Assembly: GCA_965261585.1 (NCBI GenBank)
Contig: CBDHDN010000029.1
Span: forward strand, 195,937 to 259,936
Source of the DNA: Alphaproteobacteria bacterium
Lineage (GTDB): Bacteria; Pseudomonadota; Alphaproteobacteria; UBA6615
Direction: 5' to 3'
Length of the DNA stretch: 64,000 bases
A program made the translations under genes and the position numbers. Below are positions 19,337-28,596 of the stretch, piece by piece. Numbering within the stretch: position 1 is the first letter of the stretch; each line of letters starts with the position of its first letter. Under the pieces are notes generated by a model that was not told where the DNA came from, ran no database searches, and worked only from the letters and a program-made list of their open reading frames with translations.

Positions 19337-19355
19337 GACTGAGTCGGTGCACTAG
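19337..19355 (+). repeat. Solo terminus of the 109-bp MITE-like repeat
   Basis: GACTGAGTCGGTGCACTAG equals the last 19 nt of the element. It abuts the IS21 end at 19336. Confidence 0.7.
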
Positions 19356-21367
19356 CTGCCGCAACTTGTCCACGGCATCGGAGAAGCGGCGTACGGCCAA
19401 CTGAGCGCGCCCGACGACCTCCAACAGCGCCGGGTCCTGCGGAAAAGCGATCAGCCAATCCTCGGTGACGCTCAGCGCCAGCTCCGTGCGGCCGGTCTGC
19501 AGGTACAGCTGGCCGAGGCGTACGCGCGGCGGCAGGCTGTTCGGATGGGTCTCGATCGCCCGCTCCAGGCTCGCCAGCGCCGCCACGAAATCGCCACTAC
19601 CCCGATCGATGTCAGCGAGCCGCATGAGCGTGCCGAGGTCGTCCGGATGGTGTTCCAGGACGTCGAGGATGAGCTGGCGGGCGGTGTCGACGTTGCCTCG
19701 CCGCAGCTCCAGAGTGGCTAGTGCACCGACTCAGTCAGAGCCGTCACAGTGGAAACCTGATTCTGAATACAAAACAACGGGTTACTCCAGCGCACGGTGA
19801 ATCATTTGTCTGGATCGGTGCACTAGATTGCTGCTGGCGTCGGGCGCGCCTGGCTGGACCTCGACGGCCCGGGTGAACGCGACGTGGGCGGCGACCTCAT
19901 CCTCGAGACCCAAATAGGCGATCCCCGCGAGGACATAGCCGGCTGCGTCGTCGGGTCGCAGCGCCTGCAACCGCTCGGCCGACACAACCGCCTTGTCGAA
20001 CTCGCGCGCCCGCAACTGCGCCAGAATCAGCACCACCTGGGCCCGATCAAGCTCGGGATTGGTCTGTACCGCCCGGCTGAGCGCATCGATCCCCTGCTCG
20101 ACCTCGCCCAGCGCAACCTGAATGAGGCCGAGCTGCGCCTGCGCCGCGGCGCTGTCCGGATCGAGGGCCGCCAGCCGCTCGAAATAGGTCCGCCCGGCCT
20201 GCAGATCCTGGGTCTCCAGCGCGGCGCTGCCGATCATCGTTAGCAATTGCGCATCGCCCTCGGTGCCGGCCACGAGGGGGCTTAGCGTGATCACGGCCTG
20301 GCTGGCGTCGCCGAGCCGCAGCTGGACCTCGCCGAGCAAGCGCCTGGCCTGCTGATCCTCCGGAACAGCCGTCACGTAATCCTGCAGATAGGATCGCGCC
20401 TGCTCGTGCTGGCCTTCAGCGAAGCTTGCCGCGCCGGCGAGCAGCTGGCTCGGACGGTGATCCGGGATCGCCGCGAGCGCGCGCTCCCCGTGCAGCTTGG
20501 CCGACCGGTAGTCGCCGGCCTCATACGCGATGATGGCGCGCATGTAGTTGGCCAGCGGATAGCTCGGTGAATCCTTCAAAATTGTGTCGAGATGGGCGAT
20601 CGCCTGGGTGTTCTTGGACTGGGCCATGAGGGCCTGGACGAGCCGCGCCCGATAGAACGGGTCATCCGGGGCGGCATTGACCAATGTGACGAAAGCGACC
20701 TCGGACGCCGCGTAGTCGCCCTGGGAATAACTGAGATCGCCGGCCAGCTCGATCACGGATGGACCATCGGGCGCCAGCTGCATCGCGTCTTCAAGGACAA
20801 CGGTGGCGTGGGCGAAATCGGCCTGCTGCAGCGCCGTCCGGGCCAAGCCGACATGGGCGTCGACACTGCTCCGATCCGGGCCGCCCGAAATGCCGCCTCG
20901 GCGGCGTCCAGATCGGCCAGGCTGCCGTAGGCCCGACCCCGCACCACCAAGACCGCCGCGCGCGCGGAGCCCGCCGGCGCGGCCGCGGCCTCGGCCGCGT
21001 CCAGCGCGTCTTCGTAGCGTCCCTGCAGCAACATGACGCGGGCAAGCGGCACCGCCAGTACCGCCGCGTCCACGCCCAGGTCGAGGGCCCGCCTGAGCTC
21101 TTTCTCAGCACTGTTGGCATCGCCGAGCTCGATGTAGTTCTCACCGAGCAGCTGACGTGCGCGGGCGTTCGCAGGGTCTTCGCGAACGGCGTTCTTCAGC
21201 TCGATGACGCTGGCCCGATGAGCGCCGGACTCGTACAGCACCGCGGCACGGTCGATGACCTCATCGACGTTGATCGAGCGATCACAGGCTACGAGCACGC
21301 CTGTCAGCAGGACAATGGCACCAACCCGACGCAGCGGTAATACAGACGTAATGTTCATCTTCAACAC
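19356..21367 (-). pseudogene. TPR-repeat lipoprotein (PEP-CTERM PrsT-like), multiply disrupted
   Basis: N-terminal lipobox LLTGVLVAC followed by TPR repeats throughout. There is a frameshift near 20880 (track ORFs 20753-21367 and 19782-20846 overlap), a MITE insertion at 19718-19826, and truncation at the MITE/IS21 junction. The PrsT assignment is by resemblance only. Confidence 0.7.
19718..19826 (-). mobile_element. 109-bp MITE-like repeat, copy 2 (inside the TPR gene)
   Basis: Reverse complement of copy 1 with a single C-to-T difference. It contributes the stop of track ORF 19782-20846. Confidence 0.8.
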
Positions 21368-21420
21368 CTTTGCAAAAACAAGGTTCTACCTGACGGACCC
21401 CGCGTGATAACGATCCGCAA

Positions 21421-22443
21421 TCAGGCCCCGGTCGCGGTTGCCGGGCTGTTTTGTTTCTCTGTCAAACGCCGCTCCCAGGCGAGCGCCGTGCGCACGATCA
21501 GCGCCAAGTCGTCGTATCTGGGCTGCCAGTCCAGCACGCGGCGGATCTCGTCGTTGGCGGCGACGAGCTCGGCAATATCACCGGGCCGCCGCGGGCCCGC
21601 TCGCTTCGTGAGCTCACTGCCGGTTTCGCGCTCAACGGCTTCCAGGACGTCCCGGACCGAGTAGCCGCGCCCGTAACCGCAATTGAGGACGAGGTTCTCG
21701 CCACCCGCCAGCAGATGGCGCAGGGCCAGGACATGGGCGTCGACTAGATCGGTGACATGGATGTAATCGCGCAGACAAGTGCCGTCGGGCGTGTCGTAGT
21801 CGTCGCCGAATATGTCGATCCAACCCTGCGTGCCAACCGCAGTCTGACAGGCCCGCTTCAGCAGATGCGTGGCGGCCGGGGAGGACTGGCCGGTACGCCC
21901 CTGCGGGTCGGCGCCGGCGACGTTGAAGTAGCGCAACGCCGCATAGTGAAGGCCGCTGGCCACCGCCGTGTCGCGCAATATCCACTCCACCATCAGCTTC
22001 GACGTCCCATACGGACTGGAGGGATTCTTCGGCGCGTCCTCGCGGACCGGGGTGACCTCGGGCTCCCCATAGACCGCGGCGGTCGATGAGAAGATGAAGG
22101 CGTCCACACCGCCGGCGAGGCAGGCCGCAATGAGCGTACGGCTCGCCGCCGTGTTATTCTCGTAGTACTTGAGCGGATCCGCCACGGATTCCGGTACGAC
22201 GATGCTCCCGGCGAAATGCATGACCGCGCCGATCCCGAGTTGCTCGATCGTCGACTCGATGAGCGTCGCGTCGCCGACTTCACCGACGATCAGTGGCACG
22301 TCCGCGGGTACGGCCTCGCGGCGGCCGGCCGAAAGATCGTCCACGACGGCAACCTTGAAGCCAGCCTCGCGCAGGCCGAGGACCGCGTGACTCCCGATGT
22401 AACCGGCACCACCGGTTACCAGTACATTGACCTGTTCAGTCAT
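21421..22443 (-). CDS. galE: UDP-glucose 4-epimerase
   Basis: 340 aa. GGAGYIGSH Rossmann motif and SPYGTSK catalytic YxxxK. GalE-like over its full length. Confidence 0.9.
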   Translation of the reverse strand: MTEQVNVLVTGGAGYIGSHAVLGLREAGFKVAVVDDLSAGRREAVPADVPLIVGEVGDATLIESTIEQLGIGAVMHFAGSIVVPESVADPLKYYENNTAASRTLIAACLAGGVDAFIFSSTAAVYGEPEVTPVREDAPKNPSSPYGTSKLMVEWILRDTAVASGLHYAALRYFNVAGADPQGRTGQSSPAATHLLKRACQTAVGTQGWIDIFGDDYDTPDGTCLRDYIHVTDLVDAHVLALRHLLAGGENLVLNCGYGRGYSVRDVLEAVERETGSELTKRAGPRRPGDIAELVAANDEIRRVLDWQPRYDDLALIVRTALAWERRLTEKQNSPATATGA

Positions 22444-22573
22444 CGGATGACCCTGTCGTGAACTACACTCATAGATTGTTTGGTATTCAACGGCGGCGGC
22501 GCCGGATCGGCGTGTCGGCCAGCATTTCGAACGGTGCGCCAGTTGGGTTTAAGTTCTGTTAACTGTACCATCA

Positions 22574-23800
22574 CTACGCGACCTCCAGCCGCGGCCGCCT
22601 TGGTCCAGCGCGGTGGCGCTCGACGCAAGCAAAGGCTACCAGCCCGATCAGCACACCGACACCGTTGAACAGCCCGTCCTCGACCTGAACGCTGCGCGTC
22701 ACGGTGAAGACCTGCATCACCTCCGACGCCACGGAGATTGCCAGCACAGTGGCCAGCAGACCGCGCCAAGGGACCAGGGGGAACGCCCAGGCGACGAGAC
22801 AGGCGAATAGCGCGTGGAGAGCGAGGTGCGCCATCACGTCGCGGCTCACCCCCAGGGTCTTGCCGTCGCCGCGCTCGGGGTCCTTCGGCGGCACCAGTTG
22901 CGCCTCCTCGGCGGCCTGGCGGCGGGCGGCGTCCGTCGACGGCGGCGCCTCACCGGCCTCGACGGCCGGCCCGGCAATGGTCGCTGTCACAGGAAACACC
23001 GTGCCGGCGGTGCTGTCACGCCCGGCGAGGCTCGTGGCGAGGTCGACGGCCCAGGCGCCAGCATCGGCCACGGTGTTGTTGAGCCGCGGCTGCGGCGCTA
23101 GCAGGAGCGCGGCGATAGCCGCGCCGACGATCAGCATGAGATAGCGTTCGCGGCGCCGGTCGCCGCCGTGCAGCAACGGCAGGGTCGTCCACAGCACGAG
23201 CGCGATCCACAGCGTCGCCGCCACCGCCTCCGCCACGGTGAACCAGACCGCCTCGTCCAGCGCATCCATCTCCACGTCACGAACCGATAGCGACCCCGAC
23301 GTGCCTGCAGTGTAGACAAACAGGCGCATGACTTCGGCATCGCCGCTGACCGGGAACACCGACTCATAACGGCGCCAGTCCGAGTTGCCGGTGAATGTGC
23401 CGACCTCGCTCGGCCAATACCACAGCCGTCTGCCGTCCTTGGCATAGCTGTAGAACATAATGCCACCGCGCTCCCATGGCCGGACGCCAGGCTCGATCCC
23501 ATCGGCCGTAACGTCCGCGGCAACGCGAACGTGGCGAAACCGCTGCGGATCCGACAGCGGCTGCATGAGCACCGGCACGAGCGCCCCTGGACCGACGGTC
23601 AGGATCGCCGCCGGCGGCTCACCGTCCAGCAGCCCAATACCGTTCGGCGTGCTTTCCCAATGGGCAAAACCGGTCTCGAAACGCAGATTGGGCAACAAGT
23701 CGGTCACCACGGTCTGGTACTGGAGGCCGCTATAGAACAGCACCAGGGTCGCCACGCACAGGGCGAGCAAAGCGATGACTTTGGCATTGTGCGTGGACAC
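22574..23800 (-). CDS. Membrane protein with an N-terminal extracytoplasmic beta-sandwich-like domain and a C-terminal VanZ-like region
   Basis: 408-aa ORF (GTG start). One N-terminal TM helix, a ~170-aa soluble domain, then several TM helices. The VanZ-like call is tentative. Confidence 0.5.
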   Translation of the reverse strand: MSTHNAKVIALLALCVATLVLFYSGLQYQTVVTDLLPNLRFETGFAHWESTPNGIGLLDGEPPAAILTVGPGALVPVLMQPLSDPQRFRHVRVAADVTADGIEPGVRPWERGGIMFYSYAKDGRRLWYWPSEVGTFTGNSDWRRYESVFPVSGDAEVMRLFVYTAGTSGSLSVRDVEMDALDEAVWFTVAEAVAATLWIALVLWTTLPLLHGGDRRRERYLMLIVGAAIAALLLAPQPRLNNTVADAGAWAVDLATSLAGRDSTAGTVFPVTATIAGPAVEAGEAPPSTDAARRQAAEEAQLVPPKDPERGDGKTLGVSRDVMAHLALHALFACLVAWAFPLVPWRGLLATVLAISVASEVMQVFTVTRSVQVEDGLFNGVGVLIGLVAFACVERHRAGPRRPRLEVA

Positions 23801-24665
23801 TGGAGCCGGCTCGCTCAGGCAATCGCGGCGGCGTAGGCGGGATCCGGGGGCGACGCCGATCTACACGGCCGAGACGGGCCGGCGCATCCTGGCGCAGTTG
23901 GACGAGCCGCCGCCCGCCGGCTTCGCTCGCTGGACGGCGCCACTGCTGGCCCGGGCGCTGGGCGATGTGTCGGACCAGTACATCTGGCGCTTCCTGCGCC
24001 GGCAAAAGATCGACCTGGCCGGCCGTAAATCCTGGTGCCAGAGCAACGATCCCGAGTTCGTCCCCAAGGCGGCCGAGATCGTCGGCCTCTACTTGCACCC
24101 GCCGGAGGACGCCATCGTGCTGGCGGTCGACGAGAAGCCGCACATCCAGGCGCTGGAGCGCGCCCAGGGCTATCTGAAGCTGCCGAACGGGCGCGCCCTG
24201 ATCGGCCATGGCCACACCTATAAGCGACACGGCACGACGACGCTGTTTGCCGCTCTCAACGTCGCCAGCGGCGAGGTTCAGGCCGGACACTACGAACGGC
24301 GGCGCCGCCGTGAGTTCCTCGACTTCATGAACCGCGTGGTGGCCGCCTATCCCGACCGCGAGATCCATGTCGTTCTCGACAACCTGAACACCCACAAGCC
24401 CAAGCGCGACCGCTGGCTCAAGGCGCATCCCCATGTCCACTTCCACTTCACGCCCAACTACGCCAGCTGGCTCAACCAGATCGAGATCTGGTTCTCGATC
24501 CTCAGCCGCGCCGCCCTGCACGGCGCCAGCTTCACTTCGCCCCGACAACTCAGGGACGCCATCGATGCCTTCATCCACGCCCACAACAAGACCGCCAAGC
24601 CTTTCCGTTGGGTCAGCACCAACATCCATCAGAAGAGGCTCAAACCACGTCATCGCGATTTGTGA
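23775..24665 (+). pseudogene. IS630-family transposase, 5'-truncated
   Basis: ARWTAPLLARALG, VDEKPHIQALER, HVVLDNLNTHK and ASWLNQIEIWFSIL are IS630/Tc1-type DDE motifs. The N-terminal HTH region (roughly 80 aa) is absent. The first ~20 codons of the track ORF are probably not transposase-derived. Confidence 0.75.
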
Positions 24666-24872
24666 TTCCCGGTACTAGTCGACCGCTGCCGCACCAACCG
24701 CTGGGCGCCACCTGCACTATACGACGCCTATGCGACACGGATCGCCCTCTTCCAAGCCGCACCGCCACCAGCGGATTGGGATGGTGTCTTCGTCGCGGAG
24801 ACCAAATAGACGGGCGTGCCGGGCGGCACCGGCCCGTCACCCCAGTGGTCTGACGGCGCGCGTCTGAACCGC

Positions 24873-25694
24873 CTAGTTCCGGAACAGCGACAGCACCGAT
24901 TGCTCGGCCTGGCCGGCGAACGAAAGGGCGGCGATACCGAGCTGTTGGCGGGTCTGCAGCGCCACCAAATTGGCGCCTTCCTCGTTGATGTCGGCGAGGG
25001 TCAACTTCGAGGCGCCCTCGTCGAGGTCGTTCACATACGCCGTCGTGAAATCCAGGCGCGTCTGCAGCAAGGCGACATTCGAGCCGAGTGACGAGGCGTT
25101 GCCGCGCAGGGTCGTCCGCGCCGCGTCCAGCTCGATGATCGCCGCGTCGATCAGGCTCGTCAGGCTGAAGCTGGCCGCCGACGATATATTCAAGCCCGTG
25201 GTCGCCGTGCGCAAATCGACGGAGCCGATGGCCACGATGCTCAGCGAGCTGGTGCCGAACTCGACGGTCAGTGTCTGGCCGGTGGCGTTTACCAGGTTGA
25301 GCCCCTGATACTCGGCGTCGCGCGCCAGGTTGTCGATCTGTGTGGTCAGGGAATTGTACTGGGTCACAAGGGCGGTCAGCTCGGTCCCGGTCGCCGACTT
25401 GGCGCTGATCGCGATGCCCTTGAGCTGGCCGACCAACTCATCGATCGCTTCCGTCGACTCCAGCGCCACCTTGATCGAGCTGATGGCCTGATCGATTCCC
25501 TCCTTCCGATCGCCAAAGTCCGACGCACGGTCCGTAAGGGCCTTTGCTTCGAAAAAGGCTTTTGGATCATCCAGGGCGCTGGATACCCTGAGGCCGGTCG
25601 CCAGACGGGACTGGGTTCTCGAGATCAGATCACCGGTCAATTGCAGCGACAACAAGTTCGCCCGTACCGCAGCGCTGAGTGTGATGTCGGCCAT
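24873..25694 (-). CDS. Flagellin (short, 273 aa, Caulobacter-type length)
   Basis: Conserved flagellin N-terminus (LSAAVRANLLSLQ...RLATGLRVSSALDDP) and C-terminus (LVALQTRQQLGIAALSFAGQAEQSVLSLF). No other flagellar gene is in the window. Confidence 0.85.
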   Translation of the reverse strand: MADITLSAAVRANLLSLQLTGDLISRTQSRLATGLRVSSALDDPKAFFEAKALTDRASDFGDRKEGIDQAISSIKVALESTEAIDELVGQLKGIAISAKSATGTELTALVTQYNSLTTQIDNLARDAEYQGLNLVNATGQTLTVEFGTSSLSIVAIGSVDLRTATTGLNISSAASFSLTSLIDAAIIELDAARTTLRGNASSLGSNVALLQTRLDFTTAYVNDLDEGASKLTLADINEEGANLVALQTRQQLGIAALSFAGQAEQSVLSLFRN

Positions 25695-25749
25695 GGCTCC
25701 AATCCTTCTCCTCGGACATTTGCGAGCGCTACTGCTCTGCCGACCTCAT

Positions 25750-25765
25750 CGCAAAAGCCGTGCCA
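25750..25765 (-). promoter_or_regulatory. Candidate sigma-54 promoter of the flagellin gene
   Basis: The minus strand reads TGGCACGGCTTTTGCG, a full match to TGGCACG-N4-TTGC. It lies 55 nt upstream of the flagellin ATG. Confidence 0.65.
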
Positions 25766-25992
25766 GAACCTGACATTCTTTCTTTTCAACACTTTATGGC
25801 AGTGTCACGTGGGCACGAGCGGGCGGATAGTATGCGCCCGACCAGGCAAAGCTGACCGTCGCGGCAAAATCTGCCGCGACATGGCCGGCTATTGGCTTGC
25901 CATGCGGCCCTCGCCGGCGGCGTCAGCCAGGATGCCGAGGTCAGCGACGACGAGGGCGATTAGGGCGCGGCCGCGACCCGCGCCCGGCGGTT

Positions 25993-26580
25993 TCAGTCGG
26001 CGCCTGACGCTCCGTCCGGCCCCTCGCGAGACAGGAAGTTGACGCACAGGCGCTCGGCCTCTTCACTCGGCAGGGTCGCCGCCTTGAGGGCGCACTGTGC
26101 CTCGCCGTCGTCGCTGGATCCGCGGAAGTTCCCGCACCGGACGCAAACGCCGAACTCGCGCCAGCCGTACGATACCTGCAAGTCGCAGACCAGGCGCGCC
26201 AAGCCCTCACTCAGGGGTCCGGCCACGCCGTCCGGCAGTTGCCGCACCGCCCGGCTGAGCGTCGACAGCGGGTCCCGTGCCAGCACGCGGCCCCCGTCGT
26301 CCGTCAGGTCGAGGTGGGTCACCCGACGGTCGTTCGGGTCGGGCACCCGGGTGATGTAGCCCTTGCGCTCCAGCGCGATCAGCGTCTGGCTGGCGGTGCC
26401 CTTCGTCGTGCCGAGATAGACCGCGAGCGCGCTCGGTGTTCGCGAATAGCGGTTGGCCCGGACGATGAACCGCAAACTCTCCCACTGGGCTGGGTTCAGG
26501 CCTTCGGCGTACTGCAGACCGCGCGCCATGCGGCCCAGCCGATCGAGCAGGTCGGCGATTGTCGTGCAATCGTCAGCCAC
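25993..26580 (-). CDS. MarR-family regulator with a Cys-containing C-terminal extension
   Basis: Winged-helix core (TKGTASQTLIALERKGYITRVPDPNDRRVTHLDLT), followed by ~60 extra residues containing CVRCGNF...C...C. Divergent from rpoH. Confidence 0.75.
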   Translation of the reverse strand: MADDCTTIADLLDRLGRMARGLQYAEGLNPAQWESLRFIVRANRYSRTPSALAVYLGTTKGTASQTLIALERKGYITRVPDPNDRRVTHLDLTDDGGRVLARDPLSTLSRAVRQLPDGVAGPLSEGLARLVCDLQVSYGWREFGVCVRCGNFRGSSDDGEAQCALKAATLPSEEAERLCVNFLSREGPDGASGAD

Positions 26581-26606
26581 GGCCCGCGTCGGTCCGCTCA
26601 GGGGAA

Positions 26607-26629
26607 ATTAATAGCGAGTCAATATTAAT
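26607..26629. promoter_or_regulatory. AT-rich palindrome, candidate operator
   Basis: ATTAATA-N9-TATTAAT lies in the MarR/rpoH divergent intergenic region, immediately upstream of the candidate -35. It stands out in a GC-rich background. Confidence 0.35.
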
Positions 26630-26630
26630 C

Positions 26631-26659
26631 TTGCCACCCGCCAATCTGCCACTTAGTAT
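26631..26659 (+). promoter_or_regulatory. Candidate sigma-70-type promoter of rpoH
   Basis: TTGCCA-N17-TAGTAT, 75 nt upstream of the rpoH ATG. Confidence 0.4.
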
Positions 26660-26733
26660 CGACTCGAAACCAAACAACGCGCCCTTCGTATCGGGATATA
26701 GACCCGGGGCGCCCATTGTCAAAGGAGTTGGCT

Positions 26734-27615
26734 ATGGCTGTCTATGGATCCAGCGAGATAGACCGTGGCAATCGGCGCTATATCGCCGCGGCCATGCAGG
26801 CGCCGACGCTGGAGCGTGAGCACGAGTTCGAATTGGCCCGGCGCTGGCGCGACGAGGGCGACGAGGCCGCGCTGCACGAGATCATCGTGGCCTATGCCCG
26901 TTTCGTCGTGCGCATCGCCTGGCGGTTCCGCGGCTACGGACTGCCGATCGGCGACCTCGTACAGGAAGGCAACATCGGCATCATGGAGGCCGCCGCCCGC
27001 TTCGACGCCGACCGCAACGTACGGTTCTCGACCTATGCATCGTGGTGGATCATGGCGTCCATGCAGGACTACGTCCTGCGCCACAACTCGATCGTCCGCG
27101 TCGCGACGACACCGGCGAAGCGGCGCTTATTCTTCAACCTGCGGCGCCTGCGGGCCCAGTTGGCGACGGGCAGCGACCGAACGCTCACCGATGACGACCG
27201 CGAGGAAATCGCGAAACGGCTGAAGGTCAAGGCAGTCGATGTCGCGCTGATGGAGGCCCATCTGGGCGGCGCCGACGTATCGTTGAATGCCACGGTCGGC
27301 GAAGACGACGCAAACGAGCTGATCGACTCGTTGGCCGACCTGGCACCGACGCCCGAGGATGTCACGGAATCGGTCCGCGACAGCGCGACGCGGTCCACTT
27401 GGCTCCATGAGGCGCTGGCCACACTGTCGCCACGCGAGCGCCGGATCATCGTCGGCCGCTTCCTGGGGGAGGACAAGCGCACTCTGGCCGAGATCGGCGA
27501 CGACTTCGGCGTGAGCAAGGAGCGGATTCGCCAGATCGAGGGGCGCGCGCTGGGCAAGTTGCGCAGCGAGCTGATGACGCGCGCCGACGGCCCGCAGGAC
27601 CTGTTTACGAACTGA
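26734..27615 (+). CDS. rpoH: RNA polymerase sigma-32 (heat-shock sigma factor)
   Basis: RpoH-box-like AKRRLFFNLRRLRAQL, regions 2 and 4 present. Start taken at the ATG 7 nt after AAGGAG, rather than the TTG at 26716. Confidence 0.9.
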   Translation: MAVYGSSEIDRGNRRYIAAAMQAPTLEREHEFELARRWRDEGDEAALHEIIVAYARFVVRIAWRFRGYGLPIGDLVQEGNIGIMEAAARFDADRNVRFSTYASWWIMASMQDYVLRHNSIVRVATTPAKRRLFFNLRRLRAQLATGSDRTLTDDDREEIAKRLKVKAVDVALMEAHLGGADVSLNATVGEDDANELIDSLADLAPTPEDVTESVRDSATRSTWLHEALATLSPRERRIIVGRFLGEDKRTLAEIGDDFGVSKERIRQIEGRALGKLRSELMTRADGPQDLFTN

Positions 27616-27656
27616 CGGCCGCGGCAGCGCGGTCGCGTTGCCGCAGTATGGCGGTG

Positions 27657-28119
27657 TCAGGCCGCCGAGGTCAGCGACGAGAAGTCGGCAACGCGCGGCC
27701 CAAATCCGAGTTTCTGCAGCCAGAACCGCTCAAGCTGGCGCAGGCTGGCGTTGGCGCTCGTCAGAACTTCATTCTCGACGCTGTCCGTGAGCGTCGTGAC
27801 GTGGTGGTCGAACGTCACATCGAGCTGCTTCCACAACTCCAACCCCTTGTCAGACAGGCTCACGCGCACCGAGCGACGTTCGTGCGGCGAGCGCTGCTGC
27901 TGCAGATAGCCATGCTCGGTCATTTTCTTCACGTTGTAGGAAACGTTCGAGCCGAGGTAATAGCCGCGCAGCGTTAGCTCACCAACCGTCATCTCCTCCT
28001 TGCCGATATTGTAGAGGATGAGGGCCTGGACGTTGTTGATGTCACGGACACCCTGCTGGTCCAACTCCGTCTTGAGCACCTCAAGGAACTGGCGGTGCAT
28101 CCGCTCGAGCAACACAATG
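27657..28119 (-). pseudogene. MarR-family regulator, interrupted by IS copy B
   Basis: The winged-helix sequence (...MTVGELTLRGYYLGSNVSYNVKKMTEHGYLQQQRSPHERRSVRVSLS...) continues across the IS to MKQAYLATIVLLE, with ATG at 29569 and an AGGAGG RBS. Confidence 0.8.
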
Positions 28120-28164
28120 TGAGTCGGACCCGATTTCCTTGGACACAGAATTGGCTTAATCGAA

Positions 28165-28596
28165 GTGTCCAAGGAGGACCGGAACATGACCGATAATTTT
28201 GAGAAGAAAGTTGCTGTTGATGGGCCTGTGGTAAATGCGGGCGAGCTTGGCTCGTCCACGTTTTCCCCAGGCCAGGCTTTGTCGGCAGGCCCGCTGGGAC
28301 TTGGTCAGCGATGGACGGTGGCGCGCAAGCGTGAGGTCGTTCTGCGGCTTTTGCGTGACGAGCCGGTGCAACTTCTGTCGCGCCAGTTGGGCGTAGAGAT
28401 CTTCCGGCTCGAGCAGTGGCGTGAGAAAGCGATCGGCGGGATCGACGCCTCGCTCAAGCAACGCAAGGGCGATCCGGTGCAGGCGGAACTGGATAGCGCC
28501 ATGAAGCGGATCGGAGAGTTGACCATGCAGGTGGAACTGCTGGAGGCCAAGACGGAGACCTTCGGCCCTTTGGGGCGGCGGAGGTCGCGGCGATGA
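28165..28596 (+). CDS. IS transposase OrfA (copy B)
   Basis: 143 aa, differing from copy A at a few residues. Confidence 0.75.
   Translation: MSKEDRNMTDNFEKKVAVDGPVVNAGELGSSTFSPGQALSAGPLGLGQRWTVARKREVVLRLLRDEPVQLLSRQLGVEIFRLEQWREKAIGGIDASLKQRKGDPVQAELDSAMKRIGELTMQVELLEAKTETFGPLGRRRSRR

Noticed and set aside
23730-24653. 307-aa minus-strand ORF
   Set aside because: It is antisense to the IS630-type transposase fragment, with a GC-rich stop-free frame and low-complexity translation.
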